From NCBI GenBank assembly GCA_013239625.1, contig MU053810.1, positions 3,173,518-3,237,517 of the forward strand: DNA of 64,000 nt, read 5' to 3'. Below, piece after piece: positions 14,701 to 28,549 of this stretch. This DNA is from Lama guanicoe. Lineage: Eukaryota. Within the stretch, counting starts at the first letter, position 1. The number at the start of each line of letters is the position of its first letter. A program made the translations under genes and the position numbers. The notes beneath the pieces are model-generated. The model saw only the letters and a list, made by a program, of their open reading frames with translations, had not been told where the DNA came from and ran no database searches.

Positions 14701-17700
14701 CTATGCAGAAGTTTTGGGAACCCTGTTGTGGACTACAAGTGGTAAAAGCTAAAGAAAATCCACTGCTGTCTTAGTGATGTTGCTAAGAGTCATGCTTTGT
14801 TGTATAATTGCTTGAAAGCCCAATTGAAAGATGTATCTGTTTATTTACAATCTTTGAAGTAAAAGTTACCCATGTTTGCCAATGTTGGTGATTTTAACTC
14901 ATTTTTCTAGGCCTTTCTTCTCAAGTTTTTCATCATATTATCTAAGACCTAAAAAAAAAAGTTAATAGAAGTTTTAAGCGATGTTTTTACTTTGGCTATG
15001 ACCATGTATATAAAGAATGAAAAAATATTTTTCAAAGGCTATAAAAACTTCCCAAGTGCTAGTGGATTGTCATTTGACTCACACAAAACCAAGTTGTAGG
15101 ACCCAATATGGAACTCCAAGACTTTCTCAACCTTGTTATGGGATTATCTTTGAAATTACTTAGTAAATAATTTGAAATTACTTAGTAAGTGCAGATACTG
15201 CATTTATGGCTCATCTAACACTATTTTACCATACTTGAAAGCATGTCCATTTATTTTGTTTGAAAGAAGAATTTTCCCCTTTTCAATTTGAAAATTCCTT
15301 AAGCTTTAAAGGATATTTCATTGAAAATTTGTCTTAATAAAACAGAAGAAAGATTATAAATGTGCTGTACTCTCCTATATTCAGCCATCACAGATCTGAC
15401 AATTAAGACTTAAAACTTCTGCTAAACTACCACTTAAAATTTCAACCTTACAAAAACCTATACCAAAACTAACTTGTATCTCTTTGCAGTCAAGGCAAGG
15501 TACCTGAAAAGTTAGCTTTTCCTTCTGAAAAGCCTTCTGAGATTCTATACCACAAAATTAGGGCTAAAAATATCCCACAGAAAATGCCTAAATTGATTTC
15601 ACAGATTTTAGCTTAAATGCAAAAAGAGAATGAGGCTGGTCGCTGTTGTGTAAATAGTGATCTGTCTTGCTTTTACACATGCATACCACTTTACAAGAAC
15701 CTTTTTTGCTTTTAAAATTACCGGCCGTTAATTGCACTGAGTTGGGGAAAAAGTTACCCGTCAGTTGACTTAACCTACCAACTATATTGCTGCTTTCCCT
15801 ATCCGTATGCGCAAATACTAGGATCTCTGAAGGTGCCATGCAACAGGCAGAGTTAGTTGATGAGGGCTTTTCTTCATGCTTTCTTCTTATTCTTTTCCCA
15901 ATATTTGGAGTTGTAGCTCATTTGTGAAGTCTTTTGGTTCACTCATTGTATAGGCCTATCCAGATAAAGTTTTGTTATGAAATCATAGTAGGAACCTAAA
16001 AGGAACCCAGGTGAAATCTACTTGCACTGGCCAAGCAGAAATGAAAATGTTCGGTTCTTAAAAAAAGCTTATGGCAATCTTTAGAGGAGATGGGATTTTA
16101 ATTTTAGAAACAATCTGCACATGGATCCTAGTCCCTTTTAGAATCCTAAGGTGAAGGGAGTGTTATTTTTCTTCATTTCTCTTTATACCTTCAAAGTTTG
16201 ATAAATAAATCTTTTTCTTCTGACGCTGCTCCTGGAATGACAGTTGGAAATTCTGATTTAGTTTAGTGCTCCATGAAATGGAGGCTCCATGGTATTTTGA
16301 AACAGGATGATTGTTCCCTCCATACAGTCTTCCTTACACTTTATCCCAAACAAAAGGTCTTGATGAAATTACATTTTAAAGGACCCTTTAAAAAAAACAT
16401 ATGTATCTTTAAGACATCTAAGGTGCAAACAACACAGAACGCAGCTCCAACATAAGGCTCTTGGGCTAGATAAGGTAATTCCACTTGAGGATGTTTCAGG
16501 TATAAAATGAACAGTACAAGTGATTATTTCTAAGGTCGCTCTAAAAAAAAAAAAAAGATCCTGACTCCTCCAAAATAAAACCTTGAATTAAACTAGGACC
16601 AAAGAATTCAGATAGACGGGTCCTTTACAAAGAAGATAAAGTATCGCAAAAGGGAGCTTCCCAGTAAGTCAGACTTGGGAATCACCCCCGCGAAGCCCCT
16701 GAGCCTGTCCACCTCCTCGCAAATCTCAAGATCGCCCAGTTTTGATTATGAAAGTCTCCGAAAATGTTTACACAGTCGAGTGTTTCCTGTTTCCGCAGTT
16801 AATTTTTTTAAACGTTTTTTCTTCTTTTGGTTCTTGAAACGGATTTCCTTTATTTGCACCAGTTTCTTTTTCTGAGTGTGCAATTTCTAGAGGTCTCACA
16901 TGAAGATTTCAGTATCAATTCCGGTCTTCATCAAGTCGACGACATCAAAAGTCATTTATCACTGGAAAGTCTACTCTAGGATCCTTATGAGTTTTCTGGA
17001 GAAGTTCAAGTGCATATGGAAAACTCACCCCGAAGTCTCATTTAACCCTCTAAATGAATAGTAAGCACTCAATAAAACTTCCAATGAATGAGTTTAATTA
17101 CTCCCATTCTTCTGACTCTTGTCTTAAAATATCCTTTCCAGAGACTATTAGAAGGAATTCTCCAACATAGCAAGTGATGTTCCCTCAGAGTCACCTACAT
17201 TTCAGTGAAAAAAAAATTACTTCTTGCTCTGATTGTTGGGTCATCATAAACTCCAAACTTCATTGTGAACATGATTTCAAGTTCGGTGCGGATTCGGCGC
17301 TCTCCAACTCTGTCCTTCTAAGTTAGGTAGAACCCTAAAGACCCTTGGAACGCTGTGGACCAGGTACTCGGAAAATGCGTCGTAAATTGAGATGGAAGGA
17401 AAGAGAACATTACGGAGATGGCTAGAGGGGTTACTGAAAATAAGGAAGTCGGTCCAGGAGCTACAGTCTTAGGTCTAAGTGCCCCCAAGAGCGGAAGATA
17501 CTCAAAGAAAGCCGAAGGCAGGAGCGCGCTGCAGGGCTTGGAAGATAAAGTAGGGGCGAGGGTGATTAGCATGGAAAAAGCAACGGCCGGTAGAAATGGA
17601 TCAGGATGCCCGGCTGGAGAAAATGACCTTCCCTTCCCGGCAGCGCTGCCTTCCCGATTAGGGAGCCTTTACGGGTTAAGGACGGGTTAAGAAGGAAACG

Positions 17701-17749
17701 GCCCTTTTCCCTGTCTTTATTTTTTTAAGTAGCTGCTCTCGGAAGACTG

Positions 17750-20320
17750 GAAAGAGCTACAGCTCAGACCTCTGGCGCGGAGTGCGCCGCGGGGTTCGTC
17801 CCGGCTCCGCGCGCGAGCCCAGGCCGCGGGGCACCGGGAGGCCATTTTGCGCGTGCGCCGCTCGCCTCGCACCGCCCTCCGCTCGGCGGACGCGGATCCC
17901 GCCAAATTTGAAAGCGAGATTTTCAGGCCCTGCCGGGCTGGGGAGGCGGGGAAGCGAAGTCGTTTCTCCAAAGCCGGATCCCGTAGCGAGTGACGGCGAC
18001 AGCCGGACAAGCGTGGCTCCACAAGGCGGCCCCCGTCCTGCCGGAGGCTTCTCCACCGGGAGAGACGCCGGCGGGGCAGCCCGGCTGCTGAGACACATCC
18101 ACTGGCTCCTGGGCCGCGAGCTCCGCGCGGGCAGGAAAGGGTCCCACGTCGGAGGAGGCGGCGGCTTGGCTTGCAAAGCCCCTAGAAGCACATCCTTGAG
18201 GGGCCATTCCAGATCATCGCCTTTCTTTGCCCTCCTCCCTCCTGCTGTTTCAAATCCTATGCCCTTTCTCCTTCAATAACGAGGTGTCCTTGGAGTTCGG
18301 GGTTTTGTTGGAAAGATTGTAAGCCATATGATTAACAAAATATAAAATTGCCATCTCGAGGGTTGCTGAAGGCTGAGCTTCGTGGACGGTGACTAGAAAG
18401 GCCGATGGGAGAGGGTCCTACAGTTGAAAATGTTTAATGGGTAGCGGGCTCTAATCCCCCGGGAAGGAAAGTTAACCGGGTGACAGTGTCAAGGAGGGGG
18501 TAGCTGCGCGGCAGAAAGCTCAAGCTCTGGGCGAAGGACCACACCTTGGGTTCCCAAAGATGACGGCTAAGTGCGTCTTCGGGCAGCGCGAACCTGGAAT
18601 GCCCAGCGCCCTTGAGACCCCCCGCTGGATAGAGGAGCGGGCGGTCGGGTGTTAGGATGTGCCCCCGAAAGCCGCTGGGATGCAGCCGGTTTCCTGCAGA
18701 GCCCCCGCCTGCTTGATCCTCGGGACAGAAATGTTTCTCTGACCCGGGAGTCCCACGTGCACCCAAAAGCGGGGAGAGGAAGGGACGGTTTGGGGAAAGA
18801 GGATTGGGGTAACAGCACAGAAGTGAAAGCAGCCTAAAATGGGCGACGCCCGGCGAGTCCTCTGTATCAGCGCGGCAGACTGCAGGAGCCGCCATTTGGT
18901 GGCGGATTTCGGTATTTCAGTAGCACGTTGTGCTGAACGTCACAACTGGCTTGTCTACGTGGCACGGTCCTTTCTGAACCGCGGTTTTTGAAAATGCAAA
19001 TTTCTCCCTGTTCTCCCCCCTCCCAGGGGTTACGGACCCCTCCCCCACTCCCAGTGGAGGGCGCCGAGGCTCCGCTCTGCCCGGGACCCGGGGCGGGGAC
19101 CTTTCCTCGGGGCTGCATCGGCCCCCACCCACGCCCAAAGGCTAGCGTGATGCGGGATGGAGCCTAGAGCAGGACTAACGGATGTTTTCCTCCTCGTTTT
19201 CCCGAGATTCCGAGCCTGCAGCTCTCCTCTCCCCCTGCGGAGAATCTCATTTCCTTGGGGCGGTGACGGGCATTGTCTTTTCGCGGGGCCATGTCCCAGC
19301 CCTGGGACGCCTCTCTCCTCACACCTCTCGGATGCAAGGAAAGGAAAGGCGCGCCAGGCGTGGCCGGAAAGGACCCACCCGACGAGAGGCGGCCCCTCTG
19401 GGAGTGTCGGGTTTGCATCCCGGACTTGCGCTTCCAGCTCGCCCCGGAGCCCTCCGGAGATTGGGGGAGCTAGACACTTATGGAGAGTGTCAGGAGGACT
19501 GGTATCCCAGCCAGGGTTGCCGAGTCCTCGAGGGTTTCAATTAAAACCCCCCAAAGCACAAGGTGCCTACCCGTTGGAGAACAAAGGGCCGAGGGGCGAG
19601 CGCGAGGCGAGTCCGCGCGCGCGGCTGCCCTTGGCTGGGCCCACCTCGGAGTCGGGGGCGCGAGCAGGGCCGACTCCGGGCGGGAAGGGAGGCGGCGGGC
19701 GCGTTGCGGAGCCCGCAGCCCCCGCCTTCCTGGCGGACAGAAGGAGCCCCGTCTTCAAGCCAGAGCTGCCATGTTGTATTCGCGGAGAGCGCCAGTAATT
19801 TGACGCTCCCGAGGCAGCAGCATCCCAAACCCAAGAGCCCTTAGGGGCCCTAAGTGCCGCACAGCCGCGGTCACAGCCCGAAGGGACCCCGGGGCGCAGG
19901 CAGGAGCACAAGCGCTGCAGGCGGCCGAGCCGGCGCGGCCGCGGCGCCGCAGCGTTTCCCCTCGCCACCTTCCTTCCAGGGGCTGCGGGGCTGCGCGCTC
20001 GGAAGAGGCTCGGTTGCCAGTAGCAACCACACGACGGCGATTTGTAGCCGGGGCTGCCGCCGCTGGTACCGCCGCCGCCTCGTACACCTCGGTGTCCAAG
20101 CATTTGGAACTCTGCGGGTTGCCCCGGTTGACATCTCTCGTCCCCGCCCCGGTTCCTCATCCTCCGGGACCCTCAGCTCCGTTCAAAAGCCATCTTCTCC
20201 GCCTCAGCCCTGCCCCCATGGCAGACAATAGACAAATAGGCTCGGAGCGCACACAGCCGGAGCAGGCACCTGAGCCCCCAAGATCCGGGCGCTCGGCCTC
20301 GTCCTAGCCCCAGGTGCCCT
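17750..20320. promoter_or_regulatory. Intergenic CpG island cluster between BMI1 and SPAG6
   Basis: High GC/CpG content. YY1-like GCCATTTT 17841 and GCCGCCATTT 18888, CTCF-like CCAGTGGAGGGCGC 19051, X-box GTTGCCAGTAGCAAC 20013-20027. No ORF with recognisable homology. Confidence 0.75.
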
Positions 20321-23300
20321 GGTCTCCAACTTGAACCGAAATCCTTTGTCAATGGCCAGTCCATTAAAAAGCTCTTCTCGACATCAGCAATATGGATGAT
20401 GGTAAGGAAAGAAGTCAAGAGAAGACCCCCACTCCCTTTCTAGTAACATCGACACAAAGAGCTTAGGGTTGTGCCTGCCCTTAGGAACTGGGGCTTTCCT
20501 CTGGGTTAGAGCCACAGGCAAACGCTACAGTCTTCCCTCTTCTTTGTCTACCACGAATATTTTACATGAAATTCATGATATAGCAGCTTGCATAGCTCAG
20601 ACATTACCTCCAGATGCTTGTTCTTATACATATGTGGATGGAGCACCTTTTCTCTCTCACTTCATTTGATGAACCACACCAGCTCTTGGCAGTGTGGGCT
20701 GAGTGGTCTGATGCATAAAGAAAATGATTGACTTAGGAATCTTTCTGCCTTTTCTAATATCTGGCTCTAGGACACTGGTTTAATTTTTAACAGAACTCTT
20801 ACTAATGTTGTAAACAGGTTTTTATTGAAGAAAAATCTTCAAAGTATCCAATAAAGTCTTCTATGAGCTATTAGGATAACCCGGGAAATATGCGAATTGC
20901 CAAATTTCACTCCTAATAATTGTCCCGGCCATAAATAGCCATTAAGTTAGTCGAGTGTTCTTCCTAGATTGAAATTTAATGTAAATTACAGATGTTATAG
21001 AAATTTTGAAGTTTAAAGCTCCTTGAGGACAAGCACCTGTCTTATTTATCATTATATGCTCCAGAGTCCTTTTAACGTAACAAATATTTGTTGAATCTCT
21101 AGAAGAATCCAGAATTTCAATAACTCTTATGAGAAATAAAACTTACTAATTACTAGAAAGCTTAGATATCTTTAATGAATTCAATAAAAAGGTAAATATT
21201 TACCAAGCTAGTAGCTCTAATCAGATATCCCCATTCATGCATATTTTTACCTAATTATATTTCAAATGTGGTAGATTGTACTAAAAAATATCTGACAGAT
21301 GTTTCCAGAATTCCCAGAATGATAAGGGCTTGTAACTTTACTATTTTCCCACCAAAGGTATCTGGAAATTGGTTAAATAGGCATAAGTAAGATGATATTT
21401 TAAAGTGACTGTCATACAACACAGGTGTGGCATTAACTGCCTTCACTGTTCAACAGAAACTCTTAGTATTGGATACTGCAAATCTACTAAGACAACACAC
21501 CTTGAAGTATCCTATTTAATTTAAATAATCTTTAAAACATACTGAGAATGGTTAATATGTCTTAATCATATCTGATGGTAAACTTAAATCAACATTCCTC
21601 CTAAAATGCCTCTTAGGTATGTTGTTATAAAAGGGTTTCATCTTTAAGCTTCACCAAATGTCAGGTTCATTAAATATGACAGTTTACTTAAAGCTTAGCA
21701 CTACTTGGCCCCTGGAGGCAACATAATGACCTGTAGCTTGCACAAACACCACCCCCCACCACCACTACCACCTGAAAAATAGGAAAGCAAGGCTTTAGTG
21801 AAAAGTTCTTCCTATCGTCTTTCAAGAAAGAAAAGCCCCAACAACTTGCTTTGGACCAAGTTAAAGAGATTATCTCCCTTTTTTCATTAAAACTGTCTTT
21901 CAATGAATTAATGGATAAGATCAAAGTGCATTCATATTCATGTGAATTATCGCTATTGACTTGAATAATGATGGATTTCATTGTTTTATTTAAACTGAAA
22001 CCAGCAATGCTGCTGCTTTTGAGTCTACACCTCTAAGGCAGTAGAATTTCTTCTGAGGACTCAAACGCCAAGCAATTAGGTCTGACAACCACGTCATTTC
22101 CACAATGTACTTCCATACAGAGGACTTTTTTAAAAATTGGAATTGGTAACATTTCTATAGAATCTTACTGCACAATTTTTGACTCCTTCCCAACCTTCTG
22201 AACAAAACTCCTAAGTTCAATAAACACACATCCAAAATATTTCAATATAAATGGTACTGGGAAAAGAGAGTGATGTTTAGAAACATCTAGTTGTTCATGA
22301 ATCAGAAAATTAATGCTATCAGTAATTAACTCAGGAGAATGTTTTTCCTTTGAATGAGATTCATTATAGTTTGTTTTCTACTGTAACTGAAGAACTCAGA
22401 GTAAGCTTGGGAAAATGTGTTTACCAGCTGTTCTTTCTAAATATGCCTCATGACAATTATCTTAAAATATTTTCACTTGGGTTCTCTTCAAACTATCTCA
22501 TCATTTTCTAAGGAGACAGAGGTAACGAGATCCTGTGGACCCCACTCACTTTTACCAAATAATCATTCTGCTCAAATTATTCACCAATTAAAGTTCTTTA
22601 TCACTTTGGAAACACTTGAAAGGAAACTCATTAAAGTAAGTTTACAACATAATAATATAAGCAACTTTAAAATAGGCATAAGGAAATGCTTTTTTATGAA
22701 CTTTAATATACACTATCCATAAAGACTCTCTATACTTAAAGACAGAGCTTAGTGTAACCAAGACTATTATATTATCATAGTCAGCAATGGGTTCTGGGAA
22801 TATCCTTTCCAAGAAAACTAACTCACATCTTGGTTGACATCTTAGTTGGTATCATTCTTAAATGTTTTACATATATTTAAAGCATTATGCACAAGCATCT
22901 TTTTTTTTTTAAATCTGTTTTTATATCTGACTGTGCTACAAGAAGTCTGTATCTTCACTGTCCCCACTTGGTGTCCTTAGTATTGCAAGGCACTCATTAA
23001 GCCAAGAGTTTGTTAGTAAGTTTGATTCCCTTTGGGACTTGACCATAAATATATTGACATTACTTGTATACGTCTAACTTTTTATGTGTAAACTTTAAGA
23101 CCTTTGTCTCTGACTTAAAATAAGCAATTACTTATTATTTCACCAGGAAAAAAAAAACACTCCTAGAACAAAAAGCATTTCTTTACAATTCATTTCCTGC
23201 CTTACTAATGGGAAAGACATTAGTGTTTTCTTCATGTAGGTAGTCATAATCTTTTCGTACGTTGTCCATATGAGAACTTTGTCACTTTAAAAATAAATAT

Positions 23301-23689
23301 GAGGCAACATTGGAGGAGGTCAAGTAATTCAGCATTAGCACTATTCAGATGTTTCCCTGAAATATCAAAAATAAGATGATAGGAGTTGTGTTGTATAGCT
23401 TACTTGAACTAACGAGGATGCAGATCGTAGTGCAAAAGAAATTAAAGAATGGGAAGATGTGCCACTGCGTCTTCCAAATTTAGCCTACGTTTTAGCGGAG
23501 CTCTCTCTCGGCTCTGATAATCTCTAAACCGACTTGCACGGTGGATAGCCTGTGACATTTTTGTGAAAGCAGAAACCTTGAGCACCTTCTCTTTGTACTT
23601 TTGCAGTATTTTCCAGGAGCTAGAGCATACAATTATTTTTCAGAGTAATCAATGAGCCTGAAGTTTTGGCTTGGGGACTTGATGTAGAG

Positions 23690-24900
23690 AAATGACGTCA
23701 AAAAGTTTAAAAAAAAAAAGAGGCTCGCACATGCGCAGTGAGATACAGCTTTTTTTTTTAAAGTAAGCTTTGGGCTCCTCACCCCGCCTCTGGGATCCGG
23801 CCTGCGCGGCGGGGTCGGGAAGCTGGCTGATGTAAGGTGGTGTAGGATTCCCACACCCGACTCCCGGCAAAGAGAGTCTCACCGCCCCCAATATCACCAC
23901 CACCACCACCACCGGGGCTCTCTTTAAGTCCGGAGAGGAGAAAGTCAAGGGGAAGCAAGGCCGACCCAGGCGGCCGCCGCGAGCTTTTCTGGCTGCGCAG
24001 AGCTGCGGGCCTCCGCGCCCGGGGTTCCGGTCTCTGCCGGCTCCGGGCTTGCCCTGGGAGTTGGCCGCACCATTCCCCGGCCCACCGGTCAGCCGCGCCG
24101 CGGGGAGGCTCGGGCCGGGACCTCTCCGCGGGAGCCCGCGCGGCAGTGCGGTGCTTGCTGGAGGCCTGGCCGGAGAAAGCAAAACGAAAGGACAGAGGCC
24201 TTCTTCATCTTGCAGCTCGCTCCCAGCAGACGCTGGCTGCGACATCCACGGCCCCTTTTCACCCCATCCCCAGGCCGGCAGCCCGCGGGGCTGCGAGCAA
24301 GCGGGAGAGTGGGACCCCCCCCTTGCTCGCACCCGCCGGCCCCCGCTGCCCCGGAGGCCCCGCGGGAGGGAGGCCGCCCGCGCCGAGCCTGCGCCGCGCT
24401 TCCGCACTCGCGCCTTCGGGCCGCGCGCCCCCGCCCCTTCCTCCTGCCCGCGCTCCCGGCCCTGCCACCCCTGCGCCCTCTTTTCGGCGCAGCCCAGCTA
24501 CCGACGGTGGTGGCCTCGCCGGTTTCTGATCCGAATGACAGCCTGACCCCAGCCTCAACCGATTCCCGAGCCCCCTCCCCGGTTAGAACTGCGCGGAGAC
24601 CGCGGAGGTGACTGTTGGAGTTTGAGAAACTTCGGCCTAAAGGAAAAGCCAAGGACATTGGCGGAGCATCACGTTCTTCCCTTCCTCTGGGGCCCCAACA
24701 GCCCATCCACACTGAACGCAGTTGCCTGCCGTCGAGCCGGGGACCCCGCGCCCATGCTGCGCGGGGATCCTCCTGTGTTCAGTTTTGCGGCGTCAGCCCA
24801 GAACTTTCCGCTCCGGGCTGGCGGAGCTGCAGCGCAACCCTGGCGGGACCTGCGGGTCTTGGCCCGGATGCCGGCTTGATAGGGTCCGGGGATCTTTTCT
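23690..24900. promoter_or_regulatory. Intergenic CpG island with CRE and NRF1-like sites at its left edge
   Basis: TGACGTCA 23693-23700 and CGCACATGCGCA 23726-23737 flanked by poly(A)/poly(T) tracts, then about 1.1 kb of CpG-rich DNA. Confidence 0.7.
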
Positions 24901-27900
24901 TATGTGGCACCTTCTATCTTTTGTCTCTTAAGTCCTCTACTAATAAAGAGATGGGAAAGGACTAGCACTGACCTTGTCTGGGACAAGTACAACAAGCCCA
25001 GGATTTCAAAGGGGGTAGGGGGGCCTGTGGGTGTTGAGAGGGAGTGGCTGACAGACTTCTGTGGTAGGGCGCCTAGAGGGTATCTGATGGTGCGGGGGTT
25101 TGGGTACAATTTTAAAGAAAAACGCAGTCAAGTCTTTAAAAAGAAGATATTGACATGATACACACACACACACACACACAAAGCAATAATTTGGTTTTTA
25201 TGCATGTCCCATTGCCTTAGAAAATACTATGCTGTACTTAAGACTTGTACATTAGAAGCATCAATTTTTAGTATCAGTCACTTCGTGCCATATGGTGCCT
25301 TTGGAGGTGAAGTTATTCATGTGTGGAATCCCCCTGATCCGGTTTACTTTGGTGGTGGAAAAGATGAGTTCGATTTCTGCATCCACTGAATTACTGGAAA
25401 AGGAAGCCATGTACAGGAGTATCTAGAACTTTGGGACCAGCAAACTCATTGTCATTGTAGCATTTTATTGGCCTTAACACAAGGAAACGTAAGAATTTTA
25501 AAATGTAAGGAGTTGACTTAAAAAGGCTTGAAAAGCAAAGAATGGGATACAAGACACAAACACAACCCCAGCATAGAAATGTTAATCTTCCTCTCCTGGA
25601 TGGAACTGTCTCCTCTGCTCTGTTGACAAACTTGAGAGCACATCCCGTTGGTTTGCTGAAACCCAAAAGTAAAAGCCTGACACTTTTTCCCAAAAGGGGC
25701 AGAGCAACATTTAAGATGTCATATGTTCGCTTTCTTCAGTACAGATCATATTCTGAGTCCACTAACTTGGTTATAGGGTATTATTATGCCTTTATTTTTT
25801 AATTGAAGTATGTAAATATGGAGTTATATAATTAATTTTAGATTTGCTGTTGGCAAAATGATTATTGTATTCTCATAAATTACATGCAGTTGCCAAATGA
25901 ATGCATATTTAAATACCACCATTATGTTTTAATTCTTTGGGGGAGGAGGGAAGGAGATTTCATATCTCGATAAAACTCAGCTAAGTTTTCTTAAAAACAA
26001 GACATCTTTTATTAGTTGACTGATGTTTTGGATACTCTCACCTCTTCCCCTAAGCCCCTCTTCTTTGCTCCCAAAGCACTAATAGCGCTGAGTGCAATTA
26101 TAGCCCTTAGAACAGGGCAGACTGCGGCATATGCTTGTTGAATGAATTAAACTTTACTTAAGATGTCTGTCTCCCACTAGATTTTCTGTCCTAGAAGACA
26201 AGCGCATTCTTTTATTAGCAAAGTGTCTGGCACACATTGATATTTAATGTTTTTGTCTTAGATGAGGAATATATATATATATTCCTTAGAATAGGAATGT
26301 GTACACACACACACACTTGATTCATATCAACAGCAATTTTTAAAATGTGGATATCTAATTAGCACATATAAAGCTTTAACTTTTAAAATTCAACTAAAAA
26401 CTAAAAAAAAGTCTGTTAAAATTAGTAAAATTTAATTTTAGGCGTGTGTAGAATATATTCCCATGATAATAGGATTTTCTGAATTTCCAGAGCAGATTTT
26501 TAAAGAGAAACAAAACAGGATTTTTAGACTGACTTTATAATATTGTCTTTTTGAGTCTCATTTTCATAAAAAGAGAAAATAAATGCAAAAATGATTTTGA
26601 AGTTACATGTAATTAGCTTTGTATAAGGAGCCAAAGGCTTCCACACAGATCTTTCATGGAAGCATTTTTGCAAGTTCCTGAGACAATATGTTTCATTCTC
26701 AATCAAATGTATAGTTTAATGTGTCAAGTACATTGTATATCTGTATTTAAAGTCACTAGCGCTTCAAGAAGAGTAATCTTAAATAGCACTCTTTCTAAAA
26801 AAATTGAAATATCCCTTTGAATAGTTTTCTTTCTCACTGCTTAACTGTTAGAGGTGTGAATGTCATCTTGGGGCATACAATTAGCTTTGTAAAGCAGAAT
26901 GGTATTTTAAAGTTAGTAATTTGAAAGTGGATCAGAAAATATAGATTGGCTTTCTTGTCAGTAAAGGTAATCTTTCAATTTTTCCATTCTTTACATTTAA
27001 ATTACTAACAATTCATTTATGTTTTATGATTATTCTATGTTGAATTTCTCCATTTAATTTTAAAGACTTTGAAAAAGAAAGCCAGAAGAAAGAGCAAAGA
27101 TCTAGCTTGTTTAGGATGTCCAATTTCACTTATAAAGTAGGAATTCCTTATTTTTATCAGGAACAATTCAACCCATAGACACTGTTAATGACAAATACAC
27201 AGACTCTATAGTTAAGAATAGTTTATATAGCATTTGAACTTGTTTTCAAACTTTGTAGTGTTCCATAAGTAGACTGTTACGTTTATAGGTTTAGACATTT
27301 TTTTGCTATTGAACTTTTATCTCAACACTTTCAAAGCAGAAAATAAATAGTAAAAACAACTTCTAAAAATGGCAGCTCTGGTAGCTTAGGAGTTTGAATT
27401 GTTTAAGGACTGAAACCAAATATGGAACTTTTTAGTTTTAAGGGGATTTCTTTTTTCATAATGCAACAAGGAACTGAAAACAAAATTACAATGAAGGTTT
27501 ATGCAATTTTAATTATTTGTCCAGTCTGTTTCCCTCCACACACACCACACACATCTCTAAATTGGAACACACAAAAACTTTAATTTTAAAGGACCTTTCT
27601 CCTTGGGGAAATGTGGAGATCACCGTGAAACTTTATGCCTCAGGGTTAAGTCAAGGGATTGTGGGTGTCAATGGCTTCTGAACTGCAGAGTTAAAATATG
27701 AACCTGTTCTGGGGGTAGCAGGGTCCTGGCTGAATATACTTTTTCCTCCCTCTGAAGTCCCAACTATTTGGGGCTTCACAAAATACCAGGACTTCATCAG
27801 AGAGTTCAAGTCAGAGTGATCTTTCCAAGATTATTATATAGCACTCACCCCAAATATGAGACCAGCTAAGTTTGCATGCTCCCTTCTCTTAAAGAACAGA

Positions 27901-28549
27901 TATCAAGAGGTTTCCTGTCTTGGCATTACCCATCAGCAGCTGTGACTAGCTGTTCACTTGACACCTGGTGAAATTGTAGTTTCTGGTGGAGAGACATTTA
28001 AAGTTGATACCTGTCACTGAAACATTTGGTATACAGTTTTCTGACAAGCTGGAAATCAGTAATAGACTACTTAACTTTTGTTAAAAGGAACTGGGTTAAG
28101 AATTAGTTAAATAAGCTAGGGAAGCTGGTTAAGATAATTTGAATCAGGACTTTCCAGGTAAAGATTCTCCCTCTCTTTTAGAAACATTTTTCAGCAACAA
28201 AGTGAAGCCTAAGTTTAAAAGACAAAGTGTTTAAAAATCACATAAAAGTGAGGAAACAATTAAGTTAGCAGTAATTTGGAGAAAGTCAGAGGACAAGACG
28301 TTTATCAGATTGTTTCTTCGTCTGCTTTTCTCACTGAATCTCTAGGAAGGCTTATTAAATGCTTTCTATACGGTATAGTTAAAGATATGAACATAGTTGT
28401 CTTGACCCTCCAGGAATCCTGAAACCCGAAATGCCAGGTGTGTAAAAGCAGGATTAAAGGGGGAAACATTTGACTTTGAGGTTGCACTGACAAGAAATGA
28501 ATTTATGAGATTTACACAATGACACACGTGTGATTTCTCTCGACCGTCG

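Noticed and set aside
15149..15188. 18-bp direct repeat TTTGAAATTACTTAGTAA x2
   Set aside because: Simple local slippage duplication with no functional context.
17717..20307. Many overlapping 80-210 aa ORFs on both strands
   Set aside because: Arg/Gly/Pro/Ala-rich products expected from stop-poor CpG islands, with no recognisable domains. The same applies to the ORFs at 8653-9389, 23649-24965 and the antisense ORFs at 28366-29333.
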